Part shown: in pieces, positions 1-10,261 of the stretch
How the letters are laid out: each line of letters starts with the position of its first letter
Numbering within the stretch: the first letter of the stretch is position 1
Source of the DNA: Candidatus Uhrbacteria bacterium
GTDB taxonomy: Bacteria; Patescibacteriota; Patescibacteriia; UBA9934; GWF2-40-263
DNA length: 64,000 nt
Assembly (NCBI GenBank): GCA_016206085.1
Contig: JACQSF010000009.1
Location: 9,412-73,411 of the forward strand
Direction: 5' to 3'
The notes under the pieces: model-generated
Databases searched by the model: none
The model's input: only the letters and a program-made list of their open reading frames with translations
What the model was told of the DNA's origin: nothing
Program-made: the position numbers and the translations under genes

Positions 1-1160
1 AAGAACTCCACGGTCACATCGGTCGCGACGCCTTCGCCGACTAACAGCTCGCGCACCTCCTCTTCTGACATCCCCACGAATCGACCCACCTGGAGTGCCT
101 CACTCGTGCGTGACGTAATCGCTGGAACCGCGAGAGAGACAAGGATATTCGCCTGTCCTGCTTCTTCGTCGACTGCCTCGACCGTTACGACCATATTGCC
201 TGCATCTGCGTTCATGAATTCCTGTCCCTGCCCAAGACCCTCGTACAGCTTTGCCACGGCGATCTTGCCTAGAGCCTCTTGATCAAAGAATACCGCCGTA
301 ACCTTAAGTGTGAGCGTCACATCAAAACTTTGAGCTTCTGTATCTGGTTCAATGCTGAATGTCTTATCGACGACTTCGACATCATACGACTGACCCGTGA
401 ACGTTTCCCCTACTTCGGCGATCAGCATAGCCTTGGCGTCCTCAAGGAGACTCAGCTCGAGCTCTGAAGCGGCCGCATCAAGTTCCGCTTGCGAAACAAC
501 CGCAACGGAGTAGACGCCACCAGTAAACGCCTCGGCGCTGGTTGCGTACACAGACTCTTGTCGAGTCGCTGACAGACCTGGGATCGAGAACCGTGTGGGT
601 TGGATGTTTCCACTCTCCCCTGCGATATCTGCATACACCTGCGCCTCGACGGAGCCACCGGCCGGAACGGTTACGGCTGACTCCAATCGGAACAAGATAC
701 CAGTCTCAGACAACAATCGCGTTGTGGCGACCAGTGCTTGAGCAAACGTCAGGCTGTTGTAGATCGTTACCGTTCCACGAGCGGTATCCTCGACCGTCTT
801 TGCCGACTCACCCGTTGGTTCAAACGTTTGGGTCCGACCAAGCGTTCCAGAAACCACCGCACCGCGCACATCGGTTGCACGCGTTGGCACCTCATACACG
901 TTGACGACGAACTCCGTTGTAATCGGTTCCTCGGTGGAATCGACGTGAATCACGGCCTGGACGGTGGAGAGATACAACACTGCCAACAGCGCCGCCGCCA
1001 CAAGCACAATAAACGTGAGGGCTATGCGTCGATACATAATAAGTGGCACGGCCGCAGGTTGGGTGATCTCAAGATCCTCGATGTCGGTTACGGTAATCTT
1101 CTTGGCTCCTCCCTTTCTCACAGCCACCCGCTTCCTTGGTACAACGTTCTTGGTGGGCAT
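1..1160 (-). CDS. Membrane-anchored baseplate-J/gp47-like domain protein (CPR type), 3' end runs off the window
   Basis: Not in the ORF track because there is no stop in the window. Manual translation from ATG 1160 gives MPTKNVVPRKR...TM helix...ARGTVTIYN...LVATTRLLSETGILFRL...VTVPAGGSVEAQVYADIAGESGNI...FTGG, the pattern of CPR baseplate-J-like proteins. Confidence 0.65.
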   Translation of the reverse strand, partial: MPTKNVVPRKRVAVRKGGAKKITVTDIEDLEITQPAAVPLIMYRRIALTFIVLVAAALLAVLYLSTVQAVIHVDSTEEPITTEFVVNVYEVPTRATDVRGAVVSGTLGRTQTFEPTGESAKTVEDTARGTVTIYNSLTFAQALVATTRLLSETGILFRLESAVTVPAGGSVEAQVYADIAGESGNIQPTRFSIPGLSATRQESVYATSAEAFTGGVYSVAVVSQAELDAAASELELSLLEDAKAMLIAEVGETFTGQSYDVEVVDKTFSIEPDTEAQSFDVTLTLKVTAVFFDQEALGKIAVAKLYEGLGQGQEFMNADAGNMVVTVEAVDEEAGQANILVSLAVPAITSRTSEALQVGRFVGMSEEEVRELLVGEGVATDVTVEF

Positions 1161-1199
1161 ATGAGTCTATTATAAATCATTCACTGTGTTTAGCCAAAA

Positions 1200-1217
1200 G
1201 ATGCCCACTCAGTGGGT
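1200..1217. repeat. Short hairpin repeat GATGCCCACTCAGTGGGT, copy 1
   Basis: Identical 18-mer at 31144-31161; CCCAC-TCA-GTGGG stem-loop. Confidence 0.6.
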
Positions 1218-1259
1218 CATGCTGTCGACGTCACAAAGTGACGATCTCAAGTCCATCAC

Positions 1260-1937
1260 TTATCTTTTTAACTGTTGCATGGCATTTCTTGCAAAAACAT
1301 CTGCAAATCTTTCTTTATCAAGTTGCCGATATGCGTTTTCTTGGAGAGTAACAAGCTGTCTCTCAGAGTGAACGTTCAGCTTACGACACAACTCTTTTCG
1401 TTTCTCATCTTGCGCAAGCCATTGGTCAAACCCCCCCCCATCAAAAATCTGTTCACGAAGTTCCGCAGGAGAAAGGCTCGGATATGGAAGTTGCCCAAGT
1501 TGGAACTCTGAATTAGCCATCCAGATCGACGCGGCTGATTCAAAATCCATATCCATTCCGAAGTTTGTAAGAAAATCATAGGCGTGTCCAATCTCATGAA
1601 AAAAAATGAATTGTCTAATCTGCTCCCCATCTATCTGGTCAAATGCCACACCAAGTTGTTCCGCCATCAAACGAACGGCTTGTTCACGCGTCTGCTTAAG
1701 ATTCTCAAAATCTCTTTCGCTCCCAAACGCCATGTGAATTCGTGACCCCTCCTCTTCAGATTCTGGAAGACAAAAACGTCCACCTTCAAAAGCGGGATCG
1801 TCCACTACTTCAATACTCAAACTCTCCAAGATCGGAAACCGTTCTTGTAACCTGACCAAATCGCGTCTAAAAGCCTCTGTCCCTTTTCTTTGATGTTCGA
1901 TTATGGTTGATTCTCTGTTAGCTGATATTTCTAACAT
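1260..1937 (-). CDS. Hypothetical protein with HExxH (zincin-like) motif
   Basis: 225-aa ORF containing FIFFHEIGHAYDF and a downstream E-x-x-A-D (KERFADVFA). Confidence 0.6.
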   Translation of the reverse strand: MLEISANRESTIIEHQRKGTEAFRRDLVRLQERFPILESLSIEVVDDPAFEGGRFCLPESEEEGSRIHMAFGSERDFENLKQTREQAVRLMAEQLGVAFDQIDGEQIRQFIFFHEIGHAYDFLTNFGMDMDFESAASIWMANSEFQLGQLPYPSLSPAELREQIFDGGGFDQWLAQDEKRKELCRKLNVHSERQLVTLQENAYRQLDKERFADVFARNAMQQLKR

Positions 1938-2009
1938 ATAGCCCTCTCAAAATCCGGCGAAAAATGCTTCGCCTCAAAAAAGCCTTGACGCTCTTCTTTT
2001 AGTTCTGAA

Positions 2010-2168
2010 TTAAAGATGCTCATAGGTTTCCAAAACCAATTCGAGAGCTTCCTCTAAATTCGACTCCACATCTGCCTGTGACCTACCCTGAGTATTAACT
2101 CCGGAAATCTCCTTTATCCAACCAATCCACCGACCATCACTTTGTTTTACTATTTTTGTGTATTGCAT
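2010..2168 (-). CDS. HicB-family antitoxin (short, N-terminal domain only)
   Basis: MQYTKIVKQSDGRWIGWIKEISGVNTQGRSQADVESNLEEALELVLE matches the HicB pattern (GxxTQGxTxxEAxxNLxEAxxL); ATG lies 5 nt after the dnaE stop. Confidence 0.75.
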   Translation of the reverse strand: MQYTKIVKQSDGRWIGWIKEISGVNTQGRSQADVESNLEEALELVLETYEHL

Positions 2169-2173
2169 ACTGC

Positions 2174-5100
2174 TTACTCCACACTCACATTCTGTCTCCC
2201 CACGAGTGCCGCGATCGCGCTTACGACCGAATCGGTAGCGGCGACGGAGTAGTCCGTCTGGATGCGACGCATTTGTCCTCCAGACTCCACCATCAGGCAC
2301 ACCGGCTTGGATCCAGGCGTCGACGTCAAAATTTCTCGCAGTCTCGCCACCATCTCCTGCGTGGGCTTGCCCTTGAGCGCGATCGAGAGTGAACCGCGAT
2401 GGAGAATCGCTGGCTCAGGATCAGGTTCATGTGCGGCTTCTTGCGTGCTGGGTATGGCCCATTGTTCCGATTGTAACATGCGTTGCACATCCGCAATGCT
2501 TGTCTCGTCAACAGGAATAAAGCTGTTGGCGAGGAGCTTTGCCTCTTCCCCATCGCGGATCGATACTTTCGCCGAAACAAGCACGATAGAATCCGACACC
2601 ATCATTGGCCTCGCCTCTTTGTACGTTCGGGGGAACACAATCACTTCTGTCGTGCCCGTGAGGTCTTCTAGTCCGACAAACGCCATCGGTTCACCTTTTT
2701 TTGTGATGATCTCTTTCACGCTTGTGATGATGCCCCCACAACGCACAAACTCTTTGTCTTTGCACTCGATCACCTTCCCACATCCAATCAGCGATCCTTC
2801 AAACGCATTCGCAAACGGCTCATACGGATGCCCGCTCACATACAATCCTAACAACTCCTTCTCCCATGCCAACGTTTCGCGCATGGTCGCTGGCGAACAA
2901 TCACGCAAAACAATCCCTTGGTTCATGACGGTCGAAGCACCGATAAACAGACTTTGCTGATTGCTGGCTTTTTCTTTTTGAATAGCCTTGTTGTGAAGCA
3001 AGATCCGATCCATGTTCTCCAGAAGTTGCTTGCGCTCGCCAAACCGATCCAGCGCACCTACTTTGATAAGTGCTTCCAGCGACTTCTTGTTAAACGCCCG
3101 ATGCGAAATGCGTCCCGCAAGATCGGCCAAGTCTTTGAATGGGCCGCTTGTTTTGCGCTCCGAGATAATGGATTCGATCACTTCCTCGCCGAGGTTCTTA
3201 ATCACCAACAACCCGAAACGAATCTGCGCGTCACTCATGAACGTAAAATCTTTGCGACTCTCATTGATGTCTGGCGAGAGTACCGCAATACCCATACGTG
3301 CACACTCCTTCACGGCCTCAGCGATCTTTTCCAAGTCACCGGACTCCGCGGTCATGAGTGCCGTCATATACTCAGCCGGATAATTGGCCTTCATGTACGC
3401 CGTCTGGTACGCGACCATACCGTAAGAAGCCGCATGCGCCTTGTTGAATCCATACGCGGCAAACGGTTCGATGAGTTTCCACAATTCCGTCGCGTGTGCC
3501 TTGGTCATGCCATGTTCCATGAACCCATCGACAAGTTTTACTTTTTGCAATGCCATCTCCTCGGGAATCTTTTTGCCCATGGCTTTGCGCAGCTTGTCGG
3601 CTTCCAGCCATGAGTAGCCGGCCAAATGAATGGCCGTCAACATCACGTCGTCTTGATACACAAGGAGCCCATACGACTTCTGCAAAAAACCCTCCATACG
3701 AGGATCCATAAACTGCACCAGGCTCGCGTCATGCTTGCGACGGATATACTCAGGGATCACTTCGATCGGTCCCGGGCGATACAACGCCACCATCGCCATG
3801 ATGTCCTCCACCCGCTCAGGACGCAGATCCATGAGGTACTTCGTCATACCGTCGCCGTTCAATTGAAACACCCCCATGGTGTGACCGGCCGCCAGAAGCT
3901 CGAACGTCTTTTTGTCGTCGACAGGGATATCTTGCGTCACCACCTCAATTCTCTTCACGGCGCGCACCAACGCCACCGCATCTCCCAAAATTGACAAGTT
4001 GCGAATCCCAAGAAAATCCATTTTCACGAGACCCGCGGATTCAACGGCATGCATCTCGTACTGCGTGATCATCTTTCCCTCCTTGGTATCAATCTGCAGT
4101 GGAGTGAAGTCCGTCAGATCGGTTGGTGAGATCACCGTTCCCGCCGCATGGATGGAAACATGACGTGCACAACCCTCGATACGCTGCGCCAGATCGATCA
4201 CCCGATGCACGTTTGCGTCGCCCTCGTATTTCTTTCTCAAATCAGGCGCCTCATTAAGCGCACGCTCAAGCGTCATGGGAAATCCCTGTGACCCCATCGG
4301 TACGAGTTTTGCGACCTCATCGATCATGCCATACGGAAACCCAAGCGCCCGACCCACGTCGCGCACGCTCCCGCGCGCCAACATCGTTCCAAAAGTACAA
4401 ATCTGCGCAACCTTCTCGTGTCCGTACTTACCTCGAACATAGTCGAGCACTTCGTCTCGACGGTTATCCGCAAAATCCGCATCGATATCCGGCGCCGAAG
4501 GACGCTCTGGATTCAAGAAGCGCTCAAACGGCAACTGGTACTGCAACGGGTCGATCGAAGAAATACCGATCGAATAACTCACCAGTGACCCGGCCGCCGA
4601 TCCTCGCGTAGTCGTGACAATCCCATGCTCGTTCGCCCAGGTGAGGAAGTCGGATACGATGAGCAGATAGGGACAAAACCCCTTCTTGTCGATGATATCG
4701 AGTTCGTAGGTGAGACGTTTCGTCTCAATCTCGTCGAGCTCCCGCGCCCGCCGCTCTTTGAGTTTTGCAAACGCTCGATCCGTAAGCACTTGTCGGAACG
4801 TCTTTCCTTCTTCAATTTCAAACTTCGGAAAGTTCCACTTGCCCAATTCCAGCGTCACCTCGCATCGATCGGCAATGAGTCGAGTATTCTCGATGGCTTC
4901 AGGACAATCGCGGAATCGCTCCTCCATGTACTCGCCTGTCACCATCGATGCGTCGTACTCATACTGGTTCATTCGGTCGAATTGTTCGAGGGTTCTCCCG
5001 CCCTTAATACAGTTCAAAATCTTCCACGCTTCCATGTCCTGTGGCTTGAGGTAAAACGTGTTCTTGGTCGCAACAACAGGAACACCGAGTTCTTTCCCAA

Positions 5101-5680
5101 GTGCCATGAGTCGCGTATTCGCCGCCTCTTGCTCTGCAATTTCCGGTCGATCCACAAGCTCGAGATAATAGTTTCCCTCACCAAAAACGTTCACATACCA
5201 ACGAATCATCTCACGCGCCTCAGCTTCCTTCTCAAGTTTCAACAACCCATCAATCTCCCCCATGTATCCACCTGAGAGCGCAATCAAGCCTTGACTGAAT
5301 TTCTGGATGAGCTCTTTGTCGATACGAGGCTTGTAGTAAAACCCTTCAAGGAACCCGAGACTCGAAAGTTGAATCAAATTCTTGTAGCCCTCATTATTTT
5401 GCGCCAGACACACCAGACGGTTTGGTCGCGTGTCGATACGCGCACGTTTCAAGTGTCGGCCATCTTGCGCCATATAAAAATCGACGCCAATGATGGGCTT
5501 CACGCCCGCGTCGATTGCCTTCTGATAAAACTCGATCGCTCCGTAGAGCGTCCCATTGTCGGTCAGCGCCACCGCCTTTTGTTCCAGCGCGCCTACATGC
5601 TTTAAGAGCTCCTTTACCTTTGGAAGAGCCTCAAGAAGCGAATAATGTGAGTGCGTGTGGAGATGGACAAAATTGGACAT
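2174..5680 (-). CDS. dnaE: DNA polymerase III subunit alpha
   Basis: PHP domain FVHLHTHSHYSLL, RGSAAGS, FERFLNPER, PDIDADF, KMDFLG, YGFNKAHAA, C-terminal OB fold; start placed at MSNFVHLH. Confidence 0.97.
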   Translation of the reverse strand: MSNFVHLHTHSHYSLLEALPKVKELLKHVGALEQKAVALTDNGTLYGAIEFYQKAIDAGVKPIIGVDFYMAQDGRHLKRARIDTRPNRLVCLAQNNEGYKNLIQLSSLGFLEGFYYKPRIDKELIQKFSQGLIALSGGYMGEIDGLLKLEKEAEAREMIRWYVNVFGEGNYYLELVDRPEIAEQEAANTRLMALGKELGVPVVATKNTFYLKPQDMEAWKILNCIKGGRTLEQFDRMNQYEYDASMVTGEYMEERFRDCPEAIENTRLIADRCEVTLELGKWNFPKFEIEEGKTFRQVLTDRAFAKLKERRARELDEIETKRLTYELDIIDKKGFCPYLLIVSDFLTWANEHGIVTTTRGSAAGSLVSYSIGISSIDPLQYQLPFERFLNPERPSAPDIDADFADNRRDEVLDYVRGKYGHEKVAQICTFGTMLARGSVRDVGRALGFPYGMIDEVAKLVPMGSQGFPMTLERALNEAPDLRKKYEGDANVHRVIDLAQRIEGCARHVSIHAAGTVISPTDLTDFTPLQIDTKEGKMITQYEMHAVESAGLVKMDFLGIRNLSILGDAVALVRAVKRIEVVTQDIPVDDKKTFELLAAGHTMGVFQLNGDGMTKYLMDLRPERVEDIMAMVALYRPGPIEVIPEYIRRKHDASLVQFMDPRMEGFLQKSYGLLVYQDDVMLTAIHLAGYSWLEADKLRKAMGKKIPEEMALQKVKLVDGFMEHGMTKAHATELWKLIEPFAAYGFNKAHAASYGMVAYQTAYMKANYPAEYMTALMTAESGDLEKIAEAVKECARMGIAVLSPDINESRKDFTFMSDAQIRFGLLVIKNLGEEVIESIISERKTSGPFKDLADLAGRISHRAFNKKSLEALIKVGALDRFGERKQLLENMDRILLHNKAIQKEKASNQQSLFIGASTVMNQGIVLRDCSPATMRETLAWEKELLGLYVSGHPYEPFANAFEGSLIGCGKVIECKDKEFVRCGGIITSVKEIITKKGEPMAFVGLEDLTGTTEVIVFPRTYKEARPMMVSDSIVLVSAKVSIRDGEEAKLLANSFIPVDETSIADVQRMLQSEQWAIPSTQEAAHEPDPEPAILHRGSLSIALKGKPTQEMVARLREILTSTPGSKPVCLMVESGGQMRRIQTDYSVAATDSVVSAIAALVGRQNVSVE

Positions 5681-5745
5681 ATCAGGACTCGAGCTTACCA
5701 TCTCGCGGCTGAATCTAAAAGCGGAGCCTGAACCCCGCTTTTGTC

Positions 5746-6078
5746 TTACGTTTCATCGTCCGCGACCACCTTTTTCTTCTTACTCGCCTTCTTGGAGGCA
5801 GGCGCGCTCTTGTTCAGTTTTCTCTCGATCATGTATTCAACCGCCTTGGTTGTGGTGTGCATGATCGCTCCTAGCGCCGTACCCGTGGAATCGAACTTAC
5901 GACGAATTCCATCAAGGGCTGCTTCCATCTTCGCAAGCGTCTCCTGCACAAGCGTGACCGTATCATTCGCACGCTTGAGAATACTCGCCACCTGCCACAA
6001 CAACCAGAACACAACGGCTGAAATCCATAGGACACAGAACGCGAGCACGATGTAGAGAATCTCAAGGGGTGTGAACAT
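5746..6078 (-). CDS. Small membrane protein (one TM helix plus coiled coil)
   Basis: 110-aa ORF with hydrophobic N-terminus and GGAG RBS, co-oriented between pheT and dnaE. Confidence 0.7.
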   Translation of the reverse strand: MFTPLEILYIVLAFCVLWISAVVFWLLWQVASILKRANDTVTLVQETLAKMEAALDGIRRKFDSTGTALGAIMHTTTKAVEYMIERKLNKSAPASKKASKKKKVVADDET

Positions 6079-6094
6079 ATCCTCCGTTTAGAAC

Positions 6095-8515
6095 TTATGA
6101 TCTCATTGTAGCACCAAATTCTTTTTCGAGCATCTGACGAATCTTGCGCATCTCTTCATCAACCTCCTGCGCCTCCAGCGTCTTCTCCAAGGAGCGGAAT
6201 GTTATGTGTGCGGCCATGGACTTCTGCCCTTCCTCTATCCCTTTACCGCGGTAGATGTCGAATAGGTCGTATTCGACCAATAAGGCCGACGCCTTCCGCA
6301 CCGCCTTCTCAAGTCCTTCCGCTGGTGTGCGCTCCGCGACGGTAAACGCGATGTCACGCTTGGCGTCCGGATACGGGGGGATTGGCGAAAAGACGCTCGG
6401 CGCTCGCCCAAGTGCCGCCAACATGCTGAGATTAAGCTCCGCTATGGCGACGCGTCGATCGATACCAAGAGCCTGTGCCACATCAGGACGCGCTTCCGCG
6501 AGGACACCGTGCTTTTTTCCGTTAACGAGAATCTCGGCCGCACGACTTGGATGCATCCACGCTCCCGGCTCTTCCATCTCGCGGAAGGTCACGTCAAAAC
6601 CTGCAATGTGAAGAGTCGTCTCAACTTGTCGACGGAGTTCCACGATCGGCGATTCATCGCCTTGGGCGCTATACGCTATTCCGAAATGATACGGCTGTGC
6701 GGGAAGCATGCCGCCTTGTCCATCCTCATCTCCCTTGAGTTTGCCAAAAAATACTCGATCAATCTCGAAGACGGATACAACCGGGAACGCCCGATGATTG
6801 ATTATGACGGTGTCAAACAAATTTGGAACAAGCGACTGACACAAGTACGGACGATCTTCTGCAAGCGGATTGGCGAGCTTGAGATGATCGCCCGGATCAA
6901 ACCCGAGCGTCTGCAGCATCTCAGGAGAAACGAACGCATAGCGGTACACCTCTGTTGCGCCCAGTCCCAGCGACATCGTTTTGCGTACTCTTCGAGCAAA
7001 ATCACGTACAGGATCCTGGACAGGCGGCTTGATCGAAAATGACGGGAGAGACGATTCAATCTGGTCGTATCCCCATATGCGAGCAATCTCTTCGACGACA
7101 TCTTCGACAATCGATACGTCCTTGGTGGCGCGCCAGCTTGGAATCGTTACAGCGAACACTTCTTTCTTCATGCGTACTTCAAATCCCAGTCGCGTCAGAA
7201 TATCCTCCACATCCTTTGCAGGAATCTCTGTTCCGAGCCGCTCATTTACCAAGTCGGCTGTCAACGAGACCGTTATCGATTTTGGTGGTCGTGGATATTC
7301 GTCAATGACCTTCGACGCGACTCGCGCGCCAGGATTCAATTCGCTCATCAGTTCCACCGCACGGCGCAGAGCCAGCTCGCACAAATTCGGATCCAACGAC
7401 TTTTCAAAACGAGCCGACGACTCTGATCGCAATGCGAGCTTCGTCGACGTCTTGCGCACGCTCACGGGATTGAAGTTTGCCGACTCAAATATAATCCTCG
7501 TCGTCTTCTCACTCACGCCACTCCCCTCACCTCCCATCACGCCCGCAATCGCCATCGGCTTTTGTCCGTCGGTGATAAGAAGCATCGACAAATCGAGTTG
7601 ATATGTCTTCTCAGCAAGCGTGGTTATTTTCTCTTTTGGATATGCAGCGCGCACCGCAATCTTATCGCCTAGAATATCCGCATCAAACGCATGCATCGGC
7701 TGGCCAAGCTCAAGCATCACATAATTCGTGACGTCGACCACATTGTTGATTGATCGCACCCCGCAGGCTTCAAGCCGACGCTTTATCCATTCCGGGGACG
7801 CTCCCACGACGATTCCATCCATGGCAACCGCCATGTAGCGCGGACAAGCTTCCTCGTCTTCAACCTTTACGGAAAGACCAATCCCTTTCCCGACGGGAAT
7901 CTTCTTTGGCTCGTAACTCTTAAGTTTCGACTTCGTGAGCGCCGCCACTTCCCGCGCCATGCCGTAATGCCCCATGAGGTCAGGACGGTTCGTGAGCGAT
8001 TTGTGTTCGATATCAAAAATAACATCGTCGAGTCCAAGCACTGTGGCAAGAGGCGTACCGGCTTTTGCGTCGACGTTGCCCAGATCGCGAATCTCGTGAT
8101 CGCCTTCTGTCTGTGAGAGCCCAATCTCGTTGCTTGAACAAATCATGCCTTCACTGTCTTCACCCCGAAGCTTTGTTTTCTTGATCTCCACAAGCTCCCC
8201 TTCCCCATGCCATTTCACCCACGCCCCAGGAAGCGCAACCGCAACCTTCATGCCAGAAGTGACGTTGGTTCCTCCACAGACAATTTGGGTCTTGCGTGTA
8301 CCGACATCGACATGACAGATGCGAAGTTTATCCGCGCTTGGGTGCGCAGAAACCGACTTGATCATTCCCACGACAATCTGCTCAAGCGCCGCCGCCTGAT
8401 CCTTCATACTCTCCACCTCAACGGTCGAAAGCGTAATCTTCTGCGCAAGCTCCGTGTCGGTGAGACTCTTGGGAGTCGCGACAAATTCCTGTAGCCATTT
8501 TTTTGAAATCAACAT
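6095..8515 (-). CDS. pheT: Phenylalanine--tRNA ligase beta subunit
   Basis: MLISKKWLQEFV start, HPSADKL/IVCGGTNV tRNA-binding domain, NRPDL, B3/4 and B5 domains, FDX-ACB C-terminus (RDIAF...LFDIYRG). Confidence 0.97.
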   Translation of the reverse strand: MLISKKWLQEFVATPKSLTDTELAQKITLSTVEVESMKDQAAALEQIVVGMIKSVSAHPSADKLRICHVDVGTRKTQIVCGGTNVTSGMKVAVALPGAWVKWHGEGELVEIKKTKLRGEDSEGMICSSNEIGLSQTEGDHEIRDLGNVDAKAGTPLATVLGLDDVIFDIEHKSLTNRPDLMGHYGMAREVAALTKSKLKSYEPKKIPVGKGIGLSVKVEDEEACPRYMAVAMDGIVVGASPEWIKRRLEACGVRSINNVVDVTNYVMLELGQPMHAFDADILGDKIAVRAAYPKEKITTLAEKTYQLDLSMLLITDGQKPMAIAGVMGGEGSGVSEKTTRIIFESANFNPVSVRKTSTKLALRSESSARFEKSLDPNLCELALRRAVELMSELNPGARVASKVIDEYPRPPKSITVSLTADLVNERLGTEIPAKDVEDILTRLGFEVRMKKEVFAVTIPSWRATKDVSIVEDVVEEIARIWGYDQIESSLPSFSIKPPVQDPVRDFARRVRKTMSLGLGATEVYRYAFVSPEMLQTLGFDPGDHLKLANPLAEDRPYLCQSLVPNLFDTVIINHRAFPVVSVFEIDRVFFGKLKGDEDGQGGMLPAQPYHFGIAYSAQGDESPIVELRRQVETTLHIAGFDVTFREMEEPGAWMHPSRAAEILVNGKKHGVLAEARPDVAQALGIDRRVAIAELNLSMLAALGRAPSVFSPIPPYPDAKRDIAFTVAERTPAEGLEKAVRKASALLVEYDLFDIYRGKGIEEGQKSMAAHITFRSLEKTLEAQEVDEEMRKIRQMLEKEFGATMRS

Positions 8516-8523
8516 GTGTGTGG

Positions 8524-8598
8524 GGATCAGGTTGTATAAGAAAAAATTTATTGGCTCGGCTTTGCCAGCAAGAAATTTTTCCTTATACAACCTGATCC
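8524..8598. repeat. Long intergenic palindrome with conserved core, copy 1
   Basis: Arms GGATCAGGTTGTATAAG / CTTATACAACCTGATCC; core TTGGCTCGGCTTTGCCAGCAAGAAATTTT shared with 38645-38725. Confidence 0.85.
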
Positions 8599-8603
8599 TG
8601 GTA

Positions 8604-9665
8604 TTAAAACTGATTAAGGAATCTCAAGTCTCCGCTCTCTAAATGCCTAATATCGTCTATCCCGTACTTGAGCATGACCAACCTCGTAAGACCAAAGCCG
8701 AAGGCAAATCCAGAATACTTCTCTGGATCGATGCCCGCCTGGCGCAAAACGTTTGGATGAATCATGCCGCCGGGCATGGCCTCGAGCCACCCACTCTGTT
8801 TGCACACACGGCATCCTTTTCCTTTACACAAGAAACACTCAAGCTCTCCGCGGACACCTGGTTCAACGAATGGATAAAACTTTGGTGAGAGGCGAATCTT
8901 TGTGCCCTTCCCGTAAAGATGATCCGCGACGGCTTGGAACACCCCCTTCATATGCGCAAACGAAATCCCCTCGCCTACCACCACGCCTTCCAACTGATGG
9001 AACGTGTGCTCATGGCGTGCGTCCGTCGCCTCGTTACGGAAACATCGGCCAGGGACAATCGCGCGCAAAGGAACGCCGTGCTCTCGCATGGCACGAACCT
9101 GGAAGGAGGAGGTGTGCGTGCGCATGACCCATCCGGTTTCTTCTGATCCAGCTTTTCCGGCCGCACCTGTCTTCCCTTCGATGTAAAACGTATCCTGCAT
9201 GTCGCGCGCGGGATGCGATGGCGGAATGTTCAACGCGGTAAAATTGTAATAATCACTTTCAAGCTCTGGTCCATCCAGAACCATGAACCCCATGGACGTG
9301 AACAACTCTTCGAGCTCTTGCTGAACCTGCGTAACGGGATGGAGCGTTCCATGAGGCCGGGCGTGAAACGTGGGCTCAGTTACATCGATCCATTCCTTTG
9401 CCGCAGTCGCTGACCATGAGGCTTTCGAGACTTTTTGTTCCGCCTCACCAAACGCGGCCTCAATTGCTTCTTTGACCTCATTGGCCACCGCGCCAACAAG
9501 CTTGCGCTCCCCGTCCGCCAAGCTCGCCATCTCTTTCATGAGACCACTGAGTTTTCCTTTGCGACCCAGGAACTGAGTTTTTAATTCCTCAAGCGCCTCG
9601 CGACTGGCAACCTTGTCAACGAGCTCAACAAATTCTTTTTTCAGTTGTTCAAGCTGTCCTTTCAT
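8604..9665 (-). CDS. pheS: Phenylalanine--tRNA ligase alpha subunit
   Basis: HPARDMQDTFY, RTHTS, FHQLEG, YPFVEP, GFAFGFGLTRL. Confidence 0.97.
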   Translation of the reverse strand: MKGQLEQLKKEFVELVDKVASREALEELKTQFLGRKGKLSGLMKEMASLADGERKLVGAVANEVKEAIEAAFGEAEQKVSKASWSATAAKEWIDVTEPTFHARPHGTLHPVTQVQQELEELFTSMGFMVLDGPELESDYYNFTALNIPPSHPARDMQDTFYIEGKTGAAGKAGSEETGWVMRTHTSSFQVRAMREHGVPLRAIVPGRCFRNEATDARHEHTFHQLEGVVVGEGISFAHMKGVFQAVADHLYGKGTKIRLSPKFYPFVEPGVRGELECFLCKGKGCRVCKQSGWLEAMPGGMIHPNVLRQAGIDPEKYSGFAFGFGLTRLVMLKYGIDDIRHLESGDLRFLNQF

Positions 9666-9678
9666 AATCGAAAAAACG

Positions 9679-10047
9679 TTATGGCCTCAGTACACTAATA
9701 TCGCGAATTTTCTTGAAGACAACATCTCTCGTCGCTACGGGAGACTGTAGCAAAACAGCCGTGGCTGCAATCACACTATCAGAAACGGTAAGCTTTAATT
9801 CTCGTCGAATACGCGCGGCTTCCCTGGCAATTGACCCATCAACGTCCACTACCAGGACGTACTGAAGCCATGACTCAATCAGAAATATCTCGTCGTGTGA
9901 AATATTCTGAAAACCTAAAAGCTCTACCACGGTAATGGTAGAGACACAAAATCGTTCACCTTTCGATCGTTGTCGATTGATCCATTCAACAATAACCGGA
10001 TCCTTCTTGATGAAAAAAATGACAACGTTCGTATCAAGTACAATCAT
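9679..10047 (-). CDS. PIN-domain toxin (VapC family)
   Basis: MIVLDTNVVI...STITVVELL...DSVIAATA...TRD PIN motifs. Confidence 0.88.
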   Translation of the reverse strand: MIVLDTNVVIFFIKKDPVIVEWINRQRSKGERFCVSTITVVELLGFQNISHDEIFLIESWLQYVLVVDVDGSIAREAARIRRELKLTVSDSVIAATAVLLQSPVATRDVVFKKIRDISVLRP

Positions 10048-10220
10048 ACTCGGACATGATCCGCCTCTTTGCGTATCTTCCGTTGATATGCAACCGGATC
10101 GATTCGCTTCTTTTCCCACATTCCACAAATGGCGCTCCATGCATCATCCTCCGCCGATCGCATGACTCGATTCTTAGTACAGGACATTTTCACTCGATTT
10201 TTTGCAACAGCAATAGTCAT
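10044..10220 (-). CDS. Putative antitoxin of the PIN toxin (58 aa, not in ORF track)
   Basis: Manual translation MTIAVAKNRVKMSCTKNRVMRSAEDDAWSAICGMWEKKRIDPVAYQRKIRKEADHVRV*; GxW...D...YQRK.R.E tail; ATGA overlap with the toxin start. Confidence 0.7.
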   Translation of the reverse strand: MTIAVAKNRVKMSCTKNRVMRSAEDDAWSAICGMWEKKRIDPVAYQRKIRKEADHVRV

Positions 10221-10261
10221 ACATGGTTACTATGCCACAAAAACAAACCTAAAACAACAAC

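Noticed and set aside
1-1160. Prophage suggested by the baseplate-J-like gene
   Set aside because: The protein is membrane-anchored and of the CPR cellular type; no other phage genes are nearby
8516-8590. Extended N-termini of pheT (and of prgI at 38640-38720) in the ORF track
   Set aside because: These are the palindromic elements read through in frame; conserved protein sequence begins at the downstream ATG
9130-9180. Insertion in PheS (GKTGAAGKAGSEETG) as another repeat element
   Set aside because: It lies in a naturally variable loop after DTFY and shows no clear palindrome or second copy
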